A stretch of 52,063 bases of DNA, the filler included, from Circinaria calcarea (lineage: Eukaryota), in the NCBI GenBank assembly GCA_051942165.1. It is 3 parts of 3 records of this genome, joined end to end, with 100 filler letters (N's around TTAATTAATTAA, not from the genome) between each part and the next. Parts side by side here need not be neighbours in the genome. Positions count along the whole stretch, not along the records: positions 17,406 to 34,692 come from JAVECS010000276.1; positions 34,793 to 52,063 come from JAVECS010000277.1; 1 more part is not named here. One strand, written 5' to 3'. This document shows positions 34,413 to 46,744 of this stretch, in pieces (position 1 is the first letter of the stretch; each line of letters opens with the position of its first letter). Position numbers and translations under genes: made by a program. The notes under the pieces were generated by a model. That model did not search any database, was not told the origin of the DNA, and saw only the letters and a list, made by a program, of their open reading frames with translations.

Positions 34413-34692
34413 ATGTCGGTCTCAACTCCCGTTTATCCACCTGGGGGAGACCAGAATCGAGCCTCATCAGTAATTGCAGTCTACTGGATAGAGCTTACAT
34501 TGGCCCTGTTCTTTGTGGTCTCAAGATTAATAGTAAGAAAGCTCACGAGAAATATTGGGTTTGATGATATCCTTATGCTTTTGGCAGTGGTGAGCTACTT
34601 TTATGGTAATATATATTATAGTTGCAAAGTTTACTAACGTGCTTTGAAAGATCCTATTTGCCATCGGAACAGGAGTTATAACTAAAATGGTA
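34413..34692 (+). CDS. Second PTH11-like / rhodopsin-domain membrane protein, 3' truncated by gap
   Basis: MSVSTPVYPPGGDQNRASSVIAVYWIELTLALFFVVSRLIVRKLTRNIGFDDILMLLAV, then a GTGAGC intron and a further hydrophobic exon running into the Ns. Confidence 0.8.
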
Positions 34693-34792
34693 NNNNNNNN
34701 NNNNNNNNNNNNNNNNNNNNNNNNNNNNNNNNNNNNTTAATTAATTAANNNNNNNNNNNNNNNNNNNNNNNNNNNNNNNNNNNNNNNNNNNN
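34693..34792. other. Artificial contig linker (N44-TTAATTAATTAA-N44)
   Basis: Identical to 17306-17405. The 12-mer is at 34737-34748. Confidence 0.98.
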
Positions 34793-35320
34793 GGTGCTGA
34801 ATGTGTTTTGCATGGCGGGGGAGGGGGAGAAGGAGAGGGCGCTGGCGCAGGTGAGCAGCCTTTCTTGTTGATATATATCTCAAAGGGGGTTTTTTTTCTT
34901 GGAGATTATGTAACTGACCAATAATTCACCACCCGCTAGGCCAACGGTCCCGCGTCACAAGAACACTGGGGTGGCGACTTCGAGTATTTTACCCAGTATA
35001 GCGCTCCCGGACCTGAGCAGCAGCCTCCGACCCAGGCGATCATCTCGTTGACTCGAGCACTAGAGGCCATAGCCGTTGATGAGGCCGATGCGACGACATC
35101 GCCGCAGCTGCAGGCCTCCGTACAGGAGGATGCCATGGGCAACGAGGAGCTTAATGACCTCTCGACGGCCATGTCCCAGTTGGCTACCGAGGCCGCCTCT
35201 ACATCATCACCGCCAGCTCCTCCCCTGTCCGCTAAACTCTCCGCGCTGCCAGTCTGCCGAAAGAGGTCAGGCTCCCCGCTCGCGAGCGAACGTCGAATGT
35301 TATGGGAGGATGACGTATGA
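34793..35320 (+). CDS. 3' end of a hypothetical protein (5' truncated)
   Basis: Open frame VLNVFCMAGEGEKERALAQ, intron 34851-34939 (GTGAGC..CTGAC..TAG), then an in-frame exon to TGA at 35320. No recognisable domain. Confidence 0.5.
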
Positions 35321-35542
35321 TTAGGTGGGCGGTTAGGATAAAATGAACGGATCAAACTAGCTCAAAGCAGAAGTGTCATGTGGGAATAGACACTTTAGAT
35401 TGTAGAAAACAATACAGCTTTGAAACCACTTTTTGATCGTAATTGGATAGGAAAGGAGTAACCGTCAAAACTGACAAACGTCCCGCAGACTAGAAATAAC
35501 AAACTCCGGTCCCTTTCTTCTCGCTCGACAATTTAGACCCTT

Positions 35543-37080
35543 TTAACTCTCCGGCACTGCACCGCCTAGATACATCCACAGCCGACTCAAGTCCATCACT
35601 GTCTTCCCCTTGGCCTGCCAGACCTCAGCCCCAGCCTGCACAACCGCCTTCTGCTGCATCCCCATTCCCGCGCCCTCTTTCCCCTCCCTATTCCCCTCCC
35701 CAACCCCTTGCAACCAACTCTCTCGCCTCAATCCCTCACCCCTCACCCCAGCCTCACGCTCCCTCCTCTCCGCCGTCTCCTCATCAACCTGCACCACCTG
35801 CTCCAAGAATCCTCGCGCCGCCTCCACCGTCGATCTCCCCGTAGCCGCCGAGAACGGAAACATGGAACCGAGGTAGTGTTGGTTGAAGAGATGACCAGTG
35901 ACGCCGAGGCGGATGAAGGCACCGCCGGCGTAGCGGTTGGCGGGCAGGCCGGCCATGTTATTCAGGACACCCCAGCGGGGGACGATGTCGAGTTCGTTGA
36001 CGTAGTGCTCGATGTGGGGGATGTAGTCTGTTTGAGGGGAGGGCGGAGGGGATAATTGAGCGTTAGTGTTGTTGGACGTGAGCGAAGGGGCGGGCAAGCG
36101 GAGATGGGGGTTATTGAAGTGAGAGGCTGCGGAGCCGAAGGTGTAGATTTCCTGCATGTACGGGGGGGTTGGGTTAGCTTTCTAGTTTCCTTACTTTGGA
36201 AGGAGAGTCAAGTGGTAGATGTTTACCAGCTTGGAGAATGTTTCTGCAGGAAGGTCGGCAAAGAGATGGTCTATAGCCATTGAGATGATGATGCCGCCTT
36301 GCGAGTGTACTATTACCACGACTTTCGTGACGGTTTGGTCGGTCAGGCAAGCCTTGAGGTATTCGTATGCGATGCGGGCGTCCACTGTGCTATATGACAG
36401 ACATCTTTGGATTAGGCACTCGATTAGGTCTCCGGGCAGTCCATATCTGTCTTTCCTTCAGTTCCTCTCTTTCTCCAGTGGCACTAGCTTACTGACGTTT
36501 GATTCTGTATTCCTATCACGTGACGACCGAATGTCTTCGCTATGCGATCAACATTTTCTTGAAGACCTCCATGGCTGAGGGCTGGTCAGTACTGTATTAT
36601 GAACTGTTATCGGGACTCGTACCTAGTGATGCAGCCATTAATGAACATCCATCTCTCATTACCGTGTTCCTTCGCAGCTAAGGTAGTGTCTTTGTCCATC
36701 CTGGAATGCACAATTCGTGATCCCTGCATTGGTAGTATGCTGACATATATGATCAAAGAGGCCAACGCGGTTGCAGCGATAAGGAGAGTACCAGGGAGGA
36801 TCAAGATAGCAATTGGAGTCAGGAGCAGAAGCACCATTTCGAATATAAAAAGCCAGCCCTGCAAGAGCATTTCCCTGCCATGATTCCAGTTTAGGTACAA
36901 CTCAGAATCCTGATCCTTGCTTCGAAAAGGTAGCACGATGAACGGGAGGAGTCTCGATAACTTAATAAGAACTGTTGCATCCTGCACAAGCAGTCGAAGA
37001 GGATCCACTAGAGTTGCTTGCGTCGAGGTGCCAGCGACTGGATCCATTTGCGGCGGAATGAACTTGATGTTAGGCGCCAT
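35543..37080 (-). CDS. Conserved fungal alpha/beta-hydrolase-fold protein (DUF676-like) with N-terminal TM segments
   Basis: ERWMFINGC, nucleophile-elbow-like VVIVHSQGGII, EIYTFGSAASHFNNP and HIEHYVNELDIVPRWGVL. Several GT-AG introns. Confidence 0.75.
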
Positions 37081-37597
37081 ATTAGGCAAATATTCCGAAA
37101 ATGGTTTTTCTTGAAGTTGTGATTATAGGTGTGTGATGAACGTGGGTGTCAGTAGGCAGATGATGAGAAACTAGTCTTTAGAAACTAAAGAAGTTCGGTT
37201 ATGAAAAAGTGTCAGGAAGGAGCACCTGGTATATATATATCCCTTAAACTGTTGCTTTGGCTTACCGAACCGTGCCGCCCCAGCTCCCTAGTCCGTGTCA
37301 GCCTGGATTGGCCAATCCAAACCTTGTATCCAAGGAACGCACGGTCCGTTCCGCTAGAGTAATAGCTTAAGGGATAGGTCTAAGCGAGAAACCGTAGATA
37401 AAAGGCAAGAGCGAGCGAAGTGACTGAAACGTCCACTACATTCTCAGAATACACCGAGGATCACCTATCAACGATTATGAGTAAGAAAGAAAGGTTGCCT
37501 TCGTATCCGATTTAGCTCTTACATTTCCCAATATCAAGATCACATGACCCTGACTAATTTCTTCCCCTCGTCAGCAACATGTGAATCTCACCGTAGT

Positions 37598-38455
37598 CTA
37601 CCAGCGATAGTTCTCCACCACCTTCCATTCTAGATTACCAAAAACCACCTTCGCATTGTCCCTTATGAGATCCGGCTGGAAGGTAATACCACATGGCAGA
37701 AAATGGTTACCCAGCTTCATCACTCTCTCCCAGTCCCCTTCTTTCTCCTCTTTTGCACTGGTATCCTCTTGATATGCATGTGTTGTAGACCCACTATTCG
37801 CGCCGGATTGTGTCTGATTTACCCATTGCCATCGCTCGACTGTTATATCCTCTCCAGATTGCAGGATGCCTTGGCACCAACCCCCTATTCTTATGACCAT
37901 ACCCTTGTTTGCCTTATTTTCAGGTTCCGCTTTCAAGACGACGCAAACACGTTTGCCTTCAACCCCAATCGTGCGGATATCCAGATCAGACCACAACTCC
38001 TCGTATTCTAATAAACGACCCGTAGCTGGGTTGACCATAGTCCCTTTTTCCAAGACATCTCCGTTTGGTTGTGGGTACATGTCTCCCTCATCCACTGCCG
38101 GATTACTGCTCTCCGAATCTATCCAATGAACCCAGACTGTGTGAGTTGATATGTTTGGATCAGATGGACGTGTTGAGGTGGAAAGGCCCGCGAAGGCCCA
38201 TTCTAAACATGACGTAGGTCCATCATTATTCGCGAGCTCCTTGGGCGCTCCGTGCTGGTCTGTGGAGGTACGGATACGGATATCAATGAAATTGGAAGTA
38301 CTTGAAGTTAACACGAGGGTAGAGGTTGGTTCGGAAGGTGGGTCCGGGATCTATCGCTCCTTCGTCAGCCTGTTCTCAGACGCGTAAGCGAGGCACCAGA
38401 AGAAATCACATACCCAGCGGATGTGCTTGCGGACAGAAACAGAGGGTGTACTCAT
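37598..38455 (-). CDS. HRI1: HRI1 family protein
   Basis: MSTPSVSVRKHIRW, intron, then PSEPTSTLVLTS..FIDIRI, LEWAFAG, WVHWIDS, DEGDM, LEKGTMVNPATG..YEELW and GWCQGI. Confidence 0.85.
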
Positions 38456-38671
38456 GATCGAAGAAGGACAAGGCGATTATGACAGTTCCAAGATGCTTGC
38501 TCGTACCTAGATACACGTAGTTCCGACATAAACAACGACGCGACAAATGAACACAGGAAGCATGAAGACAGCCTAGTATAGATATCGCTTATCGGTGAAC
38601 CCTACCTTTGTTGTTTTAGCATGTGACGGATACTATGCATATATTGACAAACAGACCAGTCCCATGCCCGT

Positions 38672-39334
38672 CTACCCGCCAATGGTCCCCTCGCTCCTGT
38701 ACTTTTCCTTCAACGCCTTCTCCGTCCGCATGAACTCCCTAATGCCCACGGGTATATTTTCGAAGAGATCCCCTCCCTCTTCAGCACTCCAATTCGTTTC
38801 GCTCCCGCCCCCATCATCATCCATACTCCCTCCTAAGCCTTGACCTTTCGCCATCATGACCCTTCGCCTGGCCTCTGCATTCTTGCTTGCCCACTCTTCC
38901 AGGTCATCCCGGTAAACGTCCCATACACAGTTGACGCATCCACTCATACAGCAATTGTCTGGCTCCAAAGGTCGCGGAGGGACTGTTACGCCGGCAACGA
39001 TACTGGATTGCGCGTTGATTGCACGTCGGCGTTCCGCAGGACCTGCCAAACGAGAGCCAAATATGACGCGAGCTTTTTGAAGGTTTGCCTCGTTTGTGTT
39101 TACAGGAGCAATAGTTTGCGGTTTTGGAGGAAGTCGTGTTGCTGGGGCAGTCGAAGATAGTGGTTGAGAAAGAAGCAGGGAGTAATAATCGTCAATCGGA
39201 GAAGCTTCGTCCGGATCGCTTGATGTAGAATTATTCCTCCTGGGGCTGTTTCGGGGACCAAATCGCTGAAACCGGGTCCGCGGTTTATATGTGCGACATA
39301 CGGCACGAAAGTGATTTGGATTGCGGGATGCCAT
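38672..39334 (-). CDS. Oxidoreductase-like N-terminal domain protein (UPF0651 / OXLD1-like), likely mitochondrial
   Basis: VAGVTVPPRPLEPDNCCMSGCVNCVWDVYRDDLEEW and C-terminal IPVGIREFMRTEK. Arg-rich N-terminus. Start uncertain. Confidence 0.85.
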   Translation of the reverse strand: MASRNPNHFRAVCRTYKPRTRFQRFGPRNSPRRNNSTSSDPDEASPIDDYYSLLLSQPLSSTAPATRLPPKPQTIAPVNTNEANLQKARVIFGSRLAGPAERRRAINAQSSIVAGVTVPPRPLEPDNCCMSGCVNCVWDVYRDDLEEWASKNAEARRRVMMAKGQGLGGSMDDDGGGSETNWSAEEGGDLFENIPVGIREFMRTEKALKEKYRSEGTIGG

Positions 39335-39926
39335 AGATTGATGCTATGCAAAGAGCACCAAACGTATCCAGTTATATGATACTCGGATCGCCACCACCGC
39401 GGGTTCGAACCATACGTCATATGACTATATGAGATATCTATATAAGATTTAGATAGATTATCGTAAAATTTAACTGATATCTAATTGTCTCCATAGATAC
39501 TACGCAAGGCTCATCTGAAACTAATTACCTCAAGTTCATGGTGTACATACGATTTCAAGTCTAGTATCGTAGGTCCTTGAAGTACGGGTATCCTATGCTG
39601 AAGGTATTAAAGTTCCAAATTGACCAAACGAAAGTGAGGAGGTCAGTTCTCAGTCAAGATCCTATACTTGTGATATTAGGTGAAACCCTTCTTCGACCTC
39701 CATAGAGACGGCTCCTTCGGGGAGCGGCTCCTTGTTGGTACGTAGCCCAAAGTAAGGATCACATCCGGAGTCCTAATTAATAATCAGGACCGAAAACAAC
39801 GACCGGAGCAAGGTAATGCTCTGAGATCGGGAGATAAAACGTTCCGCAACAGCGGGTACATATACGATCTAAATTTAATGTCTGGGTCAACACTTCTGTG
39901 ATTTCAATTCTCGGGCGCAATCTTTC

Positions 39927-40342
39927 TCAGTCCACGTCGATGCCTTTACTCCTCAAGTCTTTCTTCGCCATATCGATTTCCAGCATTAGCTCTCTATGCG
40001 CCTCCGGTACGTCATTAAAGGTAAAAACGCCCCAGCCAAGCTTGAAGAGGAGGTATGCGCCAAATGAGACGAGGGCCCACAAAGGAAGCTTTTTCAACAC
40101 AAAAATATCAGCAGAAGAGTCTCCTTAGATGGGGAGCTTCCATAGCCAGACAATTGAGATACATACAATGGGGATCAGCTCGTCCTGAATCGTTGTACCA
40201 AGAGGAACGAGCTTGAGGTAGCACGGCAGATAGAGCTGGGGTATGGCAATGTCAGTCTCGAGAGGTGTGTTACTTCAAGTCGAAGAACTCATACTGATGT
40301 AGCTATCAAGCCGAATGAAACCGTTTGTTGCGCTCGTGTCAT
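39927..40342 (-). CDS. DPM3: Dolichol-phosphate mannosyltransferase subunit 3 (92 aa, 3 exons)
   Basis: Exons 40342-40295, 40235-40167 and 40088-39927 (279 nt) give MTRAQQTVSFGLIATSLYL...IPILPLWALVSFGAYLLFKLGWGVFTFNDVPEAHRELMLEIDMAKKDLRSKGIDVD. Absent from the ORF track. Confidence 0.93.
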
Positions 40343-41934
40343 TGTTGGAGAAACCAAAGCCTCTTTTGATGGGAAGTATGGCGAATGGTGGATAATGAAC
40401 CCCCCACAGCCTTGTTCTAAGGCAAGAGTTTCAGACGCCTCCTAGAGAGAAAGTCGGTATAGTTGATTAGGTATATCCGTAGACAAACTTAACACGGGCT
40501 TGAATTTGAAAGCAATACACACACCACTGGTCGTGTTATATACCATAGTACGTTGAATTTGGCTACAAACTATGTACCTAAGCTTAAACGTGTGCTAGCT
40601 TTAGAAAGCTAAAGGCGAGTTGAAAGCGAGCTGTGGTCTGATACGGGTTAGCGTACCTACTCTCGCCACGCGAGCAGCGGTTTAGTGAGTTTTAGCATCA
40701 CTCAAGGGCTTTAAGGTGGTTATCAATATCATCAATAAAAATCCTGCGACGGAAGCTTCCTAGCTCAATGACTTGCGCGTACACCGGTTAGGCCGTGTAG
40801 AGGCTATTCTTAAAAAGTGGTGCAAACCCGAGCCACTTCCTTCTCAGTGCTATGTATAAACATCGTTGACTCTAATTCCAGAAAACAGTACTGTGCCTTA
40901 TATCAACGATGTCATCCAGTTGCATTACGGCCGGAAGCTAAGAAATGTTCAAGCCACCCGCACCTTTCGAGGCGGTGTGTTGCGCGGTCAAATGGCCTGG
41001 CCTTTACTTATGACCAGGCAGCTGAGTCGAACCGCAAATGACCAGCCCCAGTAGATGGTGGAAGCCTAGCATCACGAACACGTTTACCTCATATCTAGTC
41101 CCAGCTAGAAACCTCATTGGTAACATCGAATATGGTATTAGTCCGAGTGGCAGCACGTCACAGCCTAGTTGAGGCAGTGCGATATGCTTTCCGTGCCTGA
41201 CATGGAGCATGAGTCAATGGGAAGGTCAACCTCGTTTACGGTTACGCGTCTTTGCACGCATCCATCCTACCCCGTTAGAGTGCGACCCCAGAAACAAGCA
41301 GCAGACGGGAAGGTCGAGACTTATGTAACGACGTAAGCTGCTGCCTCATCTCTGACTCAACCCTTCAGCCGTGAATAAAATGGTCTTTGAGGCACGTTGG
41401 AAGAACGATGACGACCATGTGCTTCGAGGATGAGTAAATAAGCGTAGCGGGACTCGTACCTGCAGCCACAAACCGACAGTGTGGACCGGGTGGTCCGCTA
41501 AGCGCTAGACTACCCGTGTAGAACGATTCTAAGTCTGATTGGACGGCAAGCGAGGGCTTCTATAGAATCCACTCCATCTCCATGCAACCTCCATTCTCAG
41601 TATCAACGTGCCTCGAGGCTAATGGACAACCTAGGTTTCGAAAGACTGGATGAGTTTTATCATTAGCAGGTAGGATCAGGACCACTGTGCCAGATGCAGG
41701 GTCTGTGCCTGAACATTATGTCAATGTTCATACCGCTCCCCATGTCTGCTCATCCAGGCCAGACCCGAAGTTGACTCTTGAGGATGGTGACAGTGGCCTA
41801 TTTACGCTGTATCAGAAAACTGCGCGTAGCTGTTCTCGGGTTCTCCGGGCGAGGCGTCTCGCTTCGGGTTCATCTAACCCAACTTCGTGGTCGACAAGGT
41901 GCAGAGTGTCGACCTGTTCCCTTCCAACCACAGG

Positions 41935-44562
41935 ATGGAGGACGACGGCTTCATCTCTAACAATGCGTCACCACCATTACCGGCAACGTCTGATGTATCC
42001 TCCTTGTTGCCTACAACTACGGCTGGGCTATCACGTTCTACCTCGACGGATTCTCAAAGTCCAACTTCAGTTTTGCCATCAAGCTCAGGTTCTGACCTAG
42101 CGTTCATCGAAACTTCTGTTGCCTTACTTACAATCGAGGAAGACGAAGGAGGACGGATGTTTGGAGTGTTAGAGACCATTTTCCGCAACGCTCTAGTCCG
42201 CGAAAAGAGCATCGACTTGAGTTATTTTGGCTCAGATAACCTTTGGATCTCACTACGACGTGCAAACTCGTCAAGCCGACGGGGCTATCGGGATCTGGAC
42301 GTCTTGCACCTCGTTAGAGATGTACTGAACCAAATGCTGTGCAGTGGATCGCGCCTTTTAGCATCGGCCACACAGACTCTAGCAGACGCAAGCAGAGATT
42401 GTAAGGCTTCTTTCAGCATCTAAATTATACTTGGGCTCGATACGCTACTATGCTAATCATATATAGCCTCGTGGCGCATCCCGTTCGGCCAGGCTGGGAT
42501 CTTGGACCTGTTTTTAGGTATCGTCGCCAGAAAGGATGTCGCAGATGATGTTGCTTTGCAATCTTTACGCCTCATCGGCAACACATGTAGTGACACAGGT
42601 GATCTACTTCCAAGGCAGGAACTGAAATTGCGCTAAGCCCCTTTTCTTCAGATGAGAACAGACAACGCGTGGTAGATCACAATTTCCTGCAACCTATCAT
42701 CGAGCAACTGGAAAACCCTTACCTGACGAAAGTTGCAATCCCTGTTATATACAATATCTGTACTGAATATGGTAAATACGTTCTCAATTATTGGATATAT
42801 CCAGAAATAACGTCCTTCAAGGACCTGCTCAAAACCTTGCCCGGATCAATGGTCTAGGTAGAGCAGTTATCAAGGTACTGGCAAGAGAGTCTCTTGCCTC
42901 CACCCCGGTGTTGACCTATGCCTGTCGATTGCTAGATATCTGCCTGGAAGACTGTAAGTTGCTCGTCTACAAACCGCAAAACTGTACGTTCGCTTTAACG
43001 ACTCGATACAGTCGGAGTTGAATTTTCCCCAAACGACACTGTTGAAATTCTGTTACGGCTTGCCTCGGAATCTGCTATTGACGTAGATGACTGTGTGTCT
43101 CTGGTAGATGCAGCCATTCTGCACATGCAGCACAAAAGATTTCAGCAACATTTAATCACTCAAGATTTATTCAATATACCTCTCACTTTACTTCTTCATT
43201 CATACACGCTACATTCTAATTCTAATGTGACTAGCTCTCAAGGTCTGATGCCCCCTATAAGGGACGCTGCAGAGGAGCAGGAATTATCTAGGATGCGCAA
43301 CTCTCTGATCGAGACTCTCTCCGATATCTCTGCTCTTCCAGAATTCTCAGCCAAATATGCTGATTTGAACTCTCCGCTCATTGGAACATTCGTCAAATGG
43401 CTCTCCGCACCACAAGTCCAGCTTCAACTATGCTCCTGCATCATGCTAGGTAATCTTGCGCGCTCGGACGAGATGTGTAAAAGTATGGTTTTTCGTCTAC
43501 AGATACACACAATCTTAATCACTGCTTTAAAGAACAGCTCTGACACCCAGGTTATACATTCCGTCCTGAGCTTCCTACGAAACCTCGGTTTAGCAGCGGA
43601 GACGAAGCAAGCCATTGGTGAGGCTGATGCAATTGGTACCGTAGCACGGTTATGGTCTTGCGACACATTGCCCCAAGTAGCACATGCTGCTGCGAGTTTT
43701 ACTCGCCAGATTATCAACGGATCGTTGCCTAACGTACACAGGCTGCTAGCTCCACTGTCACCTGATCCGGATAGCCCAGCACATGCAAGGACGTATCTTT
43801 CGTTATTGTTATCACTTTTCGACAAATCTGATGACGTCACCATCAAGATGGAGGTAGCTCGCACCGTTGCTGCAATTCTTCGATGCACTCACTCTGCGGA
43901 CCGCTCCAGCTTCGGGGAGTCAAGGGATACTATAGAGCAGCGTCTTTACTCCCTTCATCCAGATTTAGGCCAACCTTTGATAAACATGATAACCCAAACT
44001 CAATGGCCTATCATCCGCTCCGAAGGGTGGTTTGCTTTAGCTCTGATGGCACGCTCAAAAGAAGGCAGTACCGCCCTTGATTCTATTTTGAACCGGGTAG
44101 AGCTCTTCGGGGCTCTAGAACAAACGATACGGGGCCAATCTAGTCTTGCTGGTGCACGATCTCATGTGGGAAACTCAGCTGTTGTGTCCGAAGGCATGCC
44201 CTCAGTAAACTTTACTGATCCAGTACCGAGACTAGACCAAGAGGAAGACATGCGACTAAAAGACCGGGAAAACGCCATGGTCTTGGTGCATGAGCTTATA
44301 AGGAACAGGGTAGGACTTCAATTCTCTGACCTCCTTATCCCGCCTGATATCCTCTTGCAGTTAGGACTCCTTCCTGCTCGCCACCACGGCGGAACTTTCC
44401 GGCGCACATCACATCTCAGAGGATCCCGTGCTGATATGTATTTCCATATAGGGCGACAGTATGTCCGATATCCGCCGGAGCGTACTTGAGGATCTTATCC
44501 AAGGCAGAAACTCCAGCCTCAGTACGCAGGAGATGATGATCCGGATGACGGCAGCAGGTTAG
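41935..44562 (+). CDS. ARM-repeat small-GTPase chaperone (SmgGDS/RAP1GDS1, Bem4-like)
   Basis: LADASRD..SWRIPFGQAGIL, LRLIGNTCSDTDENR, PVIYNICTEY, CIMLGNLARSD, LSFLRNL and IRSEGWFALALMAR. Multi-exon. Confidence 0.82.
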
Positions 44563-45478
44563 AGAGTAGAAATAGAAATGGGCGATCAAACAGATGGATA
44601 TGGGATTGACTGCGACGGATGAGGACCTATGACATAGATGGCAAAGATTTCTTCAACTCAAATCAGGCAGCGGTTGCTTCGGGGTCAATGTGCTGAGATC
44701 TTAACCTATGTATAATAACTTCATCACCCACACTATATAGACATAGCTAGAACAAATACAACACCATTCATTCTTTGTTGTCATTCTCCTGGCAACATAA
44801 TGGACTTTGAATAGTATTTCTAGCAGCAGAAACGGAACAAACCCCCATCCAGTTTGTCGGGTTCAAGACCAGGAGCTCGGGAATTCAGGGTTAAAAGGGA
44901 CCAGTACTAGGTGAACCATTTACCGTAAGGCTGAAAAATGTATAAGCGGAGTGACAGGCAACAGGTCGCATTGATAATCCGATAAAGCTAAATAAATGAG
45001 CACGCTTCACTTCACAAATTGTCAGAAGCGGATTTGTTTACTTATACGTGGTGGGTACGTGGCTGGTAAAAGTCATGTTTTGGCTGCGCGGGTATAGTTT
45101 AGACTTCTTTCCAAAAAGTGATTACATAATATCGGATCGGGATAATCCTTCAACGGGGGTGGCACGGAGATAGGAGAGGCACACATGTGAAGGTGTTTGT
45201 CAAGCAGCCCTACAGAGTAGCTGTTTGCGGTTAAAAGCTGTAGGTACTTGGCAAAATCCGACGAATCAGCAGTCCGATATATGTAATGAGCAAGTCAGGC
45301 GCCCCTAAGTATTATGTACATAAAAAGCAACCATCGCTGCAACCCTTCACTCCTCGACTTATACATACATCTGACCAGCTACGCCAAGTCTCTACTCCAC
45401 AGTTTTGCCCCACATCTACGAACTCGACTGACATCCCTCCTCTTCACAACTCCTCCCACTTGACAACCCAAAGTCAAG

Positions 45479-45997
45479 ATGTCTACCCCAGCCAATCCTA
45501 TTGTTCCAAGTACCTGCAAAGGCTGCTGCCCTTCTGGCCTCTGTCTCTGTGCCGCCCAAGCCAAATGCTCTTGCGGCAAGCAGGCAGCGCTGCATTGCAA
45601 TTGCGAGAAAGCGGCTATCGAGAACAAAATCGAGGGAGCTCGATGCTCATGCCGTAAGTTTGCTCACTCCAGCCCTTCACTGTTGTGCATATCCCTCGAA
45701 GGATCAAACACCCGGCATCTATCCGGGTTTGTCTTTGCTGACGACATGCTAACACTACTATCGTAGGAATGCGAGCTGCCGGCGAATGTACCTGTGCTCA
45801 AGCATCGAGGGAGAACGCTAACGTGACCGGGGCAACTTGCTCTTGCGGACAGAGAGTTCAAAGTAAGGTATCTCCTCTGGCAAGTTCGATAGGGAAAAAC
45901 TAAGATTTTACTAGATGATTGCAGTTGCGAAGAGGCAGTCGACGGAGGAATTAACCCCATGGAGACCGACTTCACGACCAAGGCTGCTGGGTCTTGA
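45479..45997 (+). CDS. Cys-rich metallothionein-like (Crd2-type) metal-binding protein, 117 aa
   Basis: Exons 45479-45653, 45767-45862 and 45915-45997 (354 nt). 17 Cys, arranged as CxxCC plus seven CxC motifs. C-terminal METDFTTK. Confidence 0.85.
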
Positions 45998-46744
45998 TGC
46001 CTCCTGTACCACTAGAGTACATGGACATTTGCATTGCACAAGGCGTTAGATATCAATATTGGAGGCGGACATGAATTACGGTTCAGATGGGCTTGCGGAA
46101 GCTGTCGAATGGAAATGTGGAGTGGCTTGCTGTCTGTAGCTTAGGCATACCTCATGGTGAATTGCTTAGCTAGCTATCAAGTCGAAACTCATGATACTGT
46201 GGTACAACTTGCATCTCTTGTGTTATGGATCTTTTGGGCAAGGCCAGGTTGTTGCTACTTCGCACAAAGGCAGTACAATCGAAAAGGAAGATTCTTCGAT
46301 ACTCCCACGCGCGGGTTTCACCGGAAAACTGAACGGATGCCAAGCTTTATGCTGACGCACTTGCAGGGGTCGGGATGTCCAATTCCTCCCCGTCTGGTAA
46401 TCGGCTTATATCGCCCATTGGCCATGTACAACAACGTCCTTTGATGATATCCCGACCGGTTCTGGAGATACGTGCTCTACTTCACTGTCATTCCTGCCGG
46501 CTGTTTAATCTTAATTCTTACGTCCAACCCTTTGCAGTGTGATCCGGTTTTCCCTCATTCTTCTGCCATATTGTGTAGTATCCCTAGCTTACCGTCATAT
46601 CATCCGGCACTGTGCGCCTGGCCAATCGATCATGCCAGTCGACTATTATCAGATCTTCTGAGTCAACAGTGGTCCTCCCTCGACCCAAGGGCCATCCGAT
46701 CGAGCCCACATGCCTAGAATCAACAGCTGATCGGATTCTCCGAC

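Noticed and set aside
39395..39415. GGTTCGAA T-loop-like motif suggesting a tRNA
   Set aside because: No cloverleaf or A-box could be built around it.
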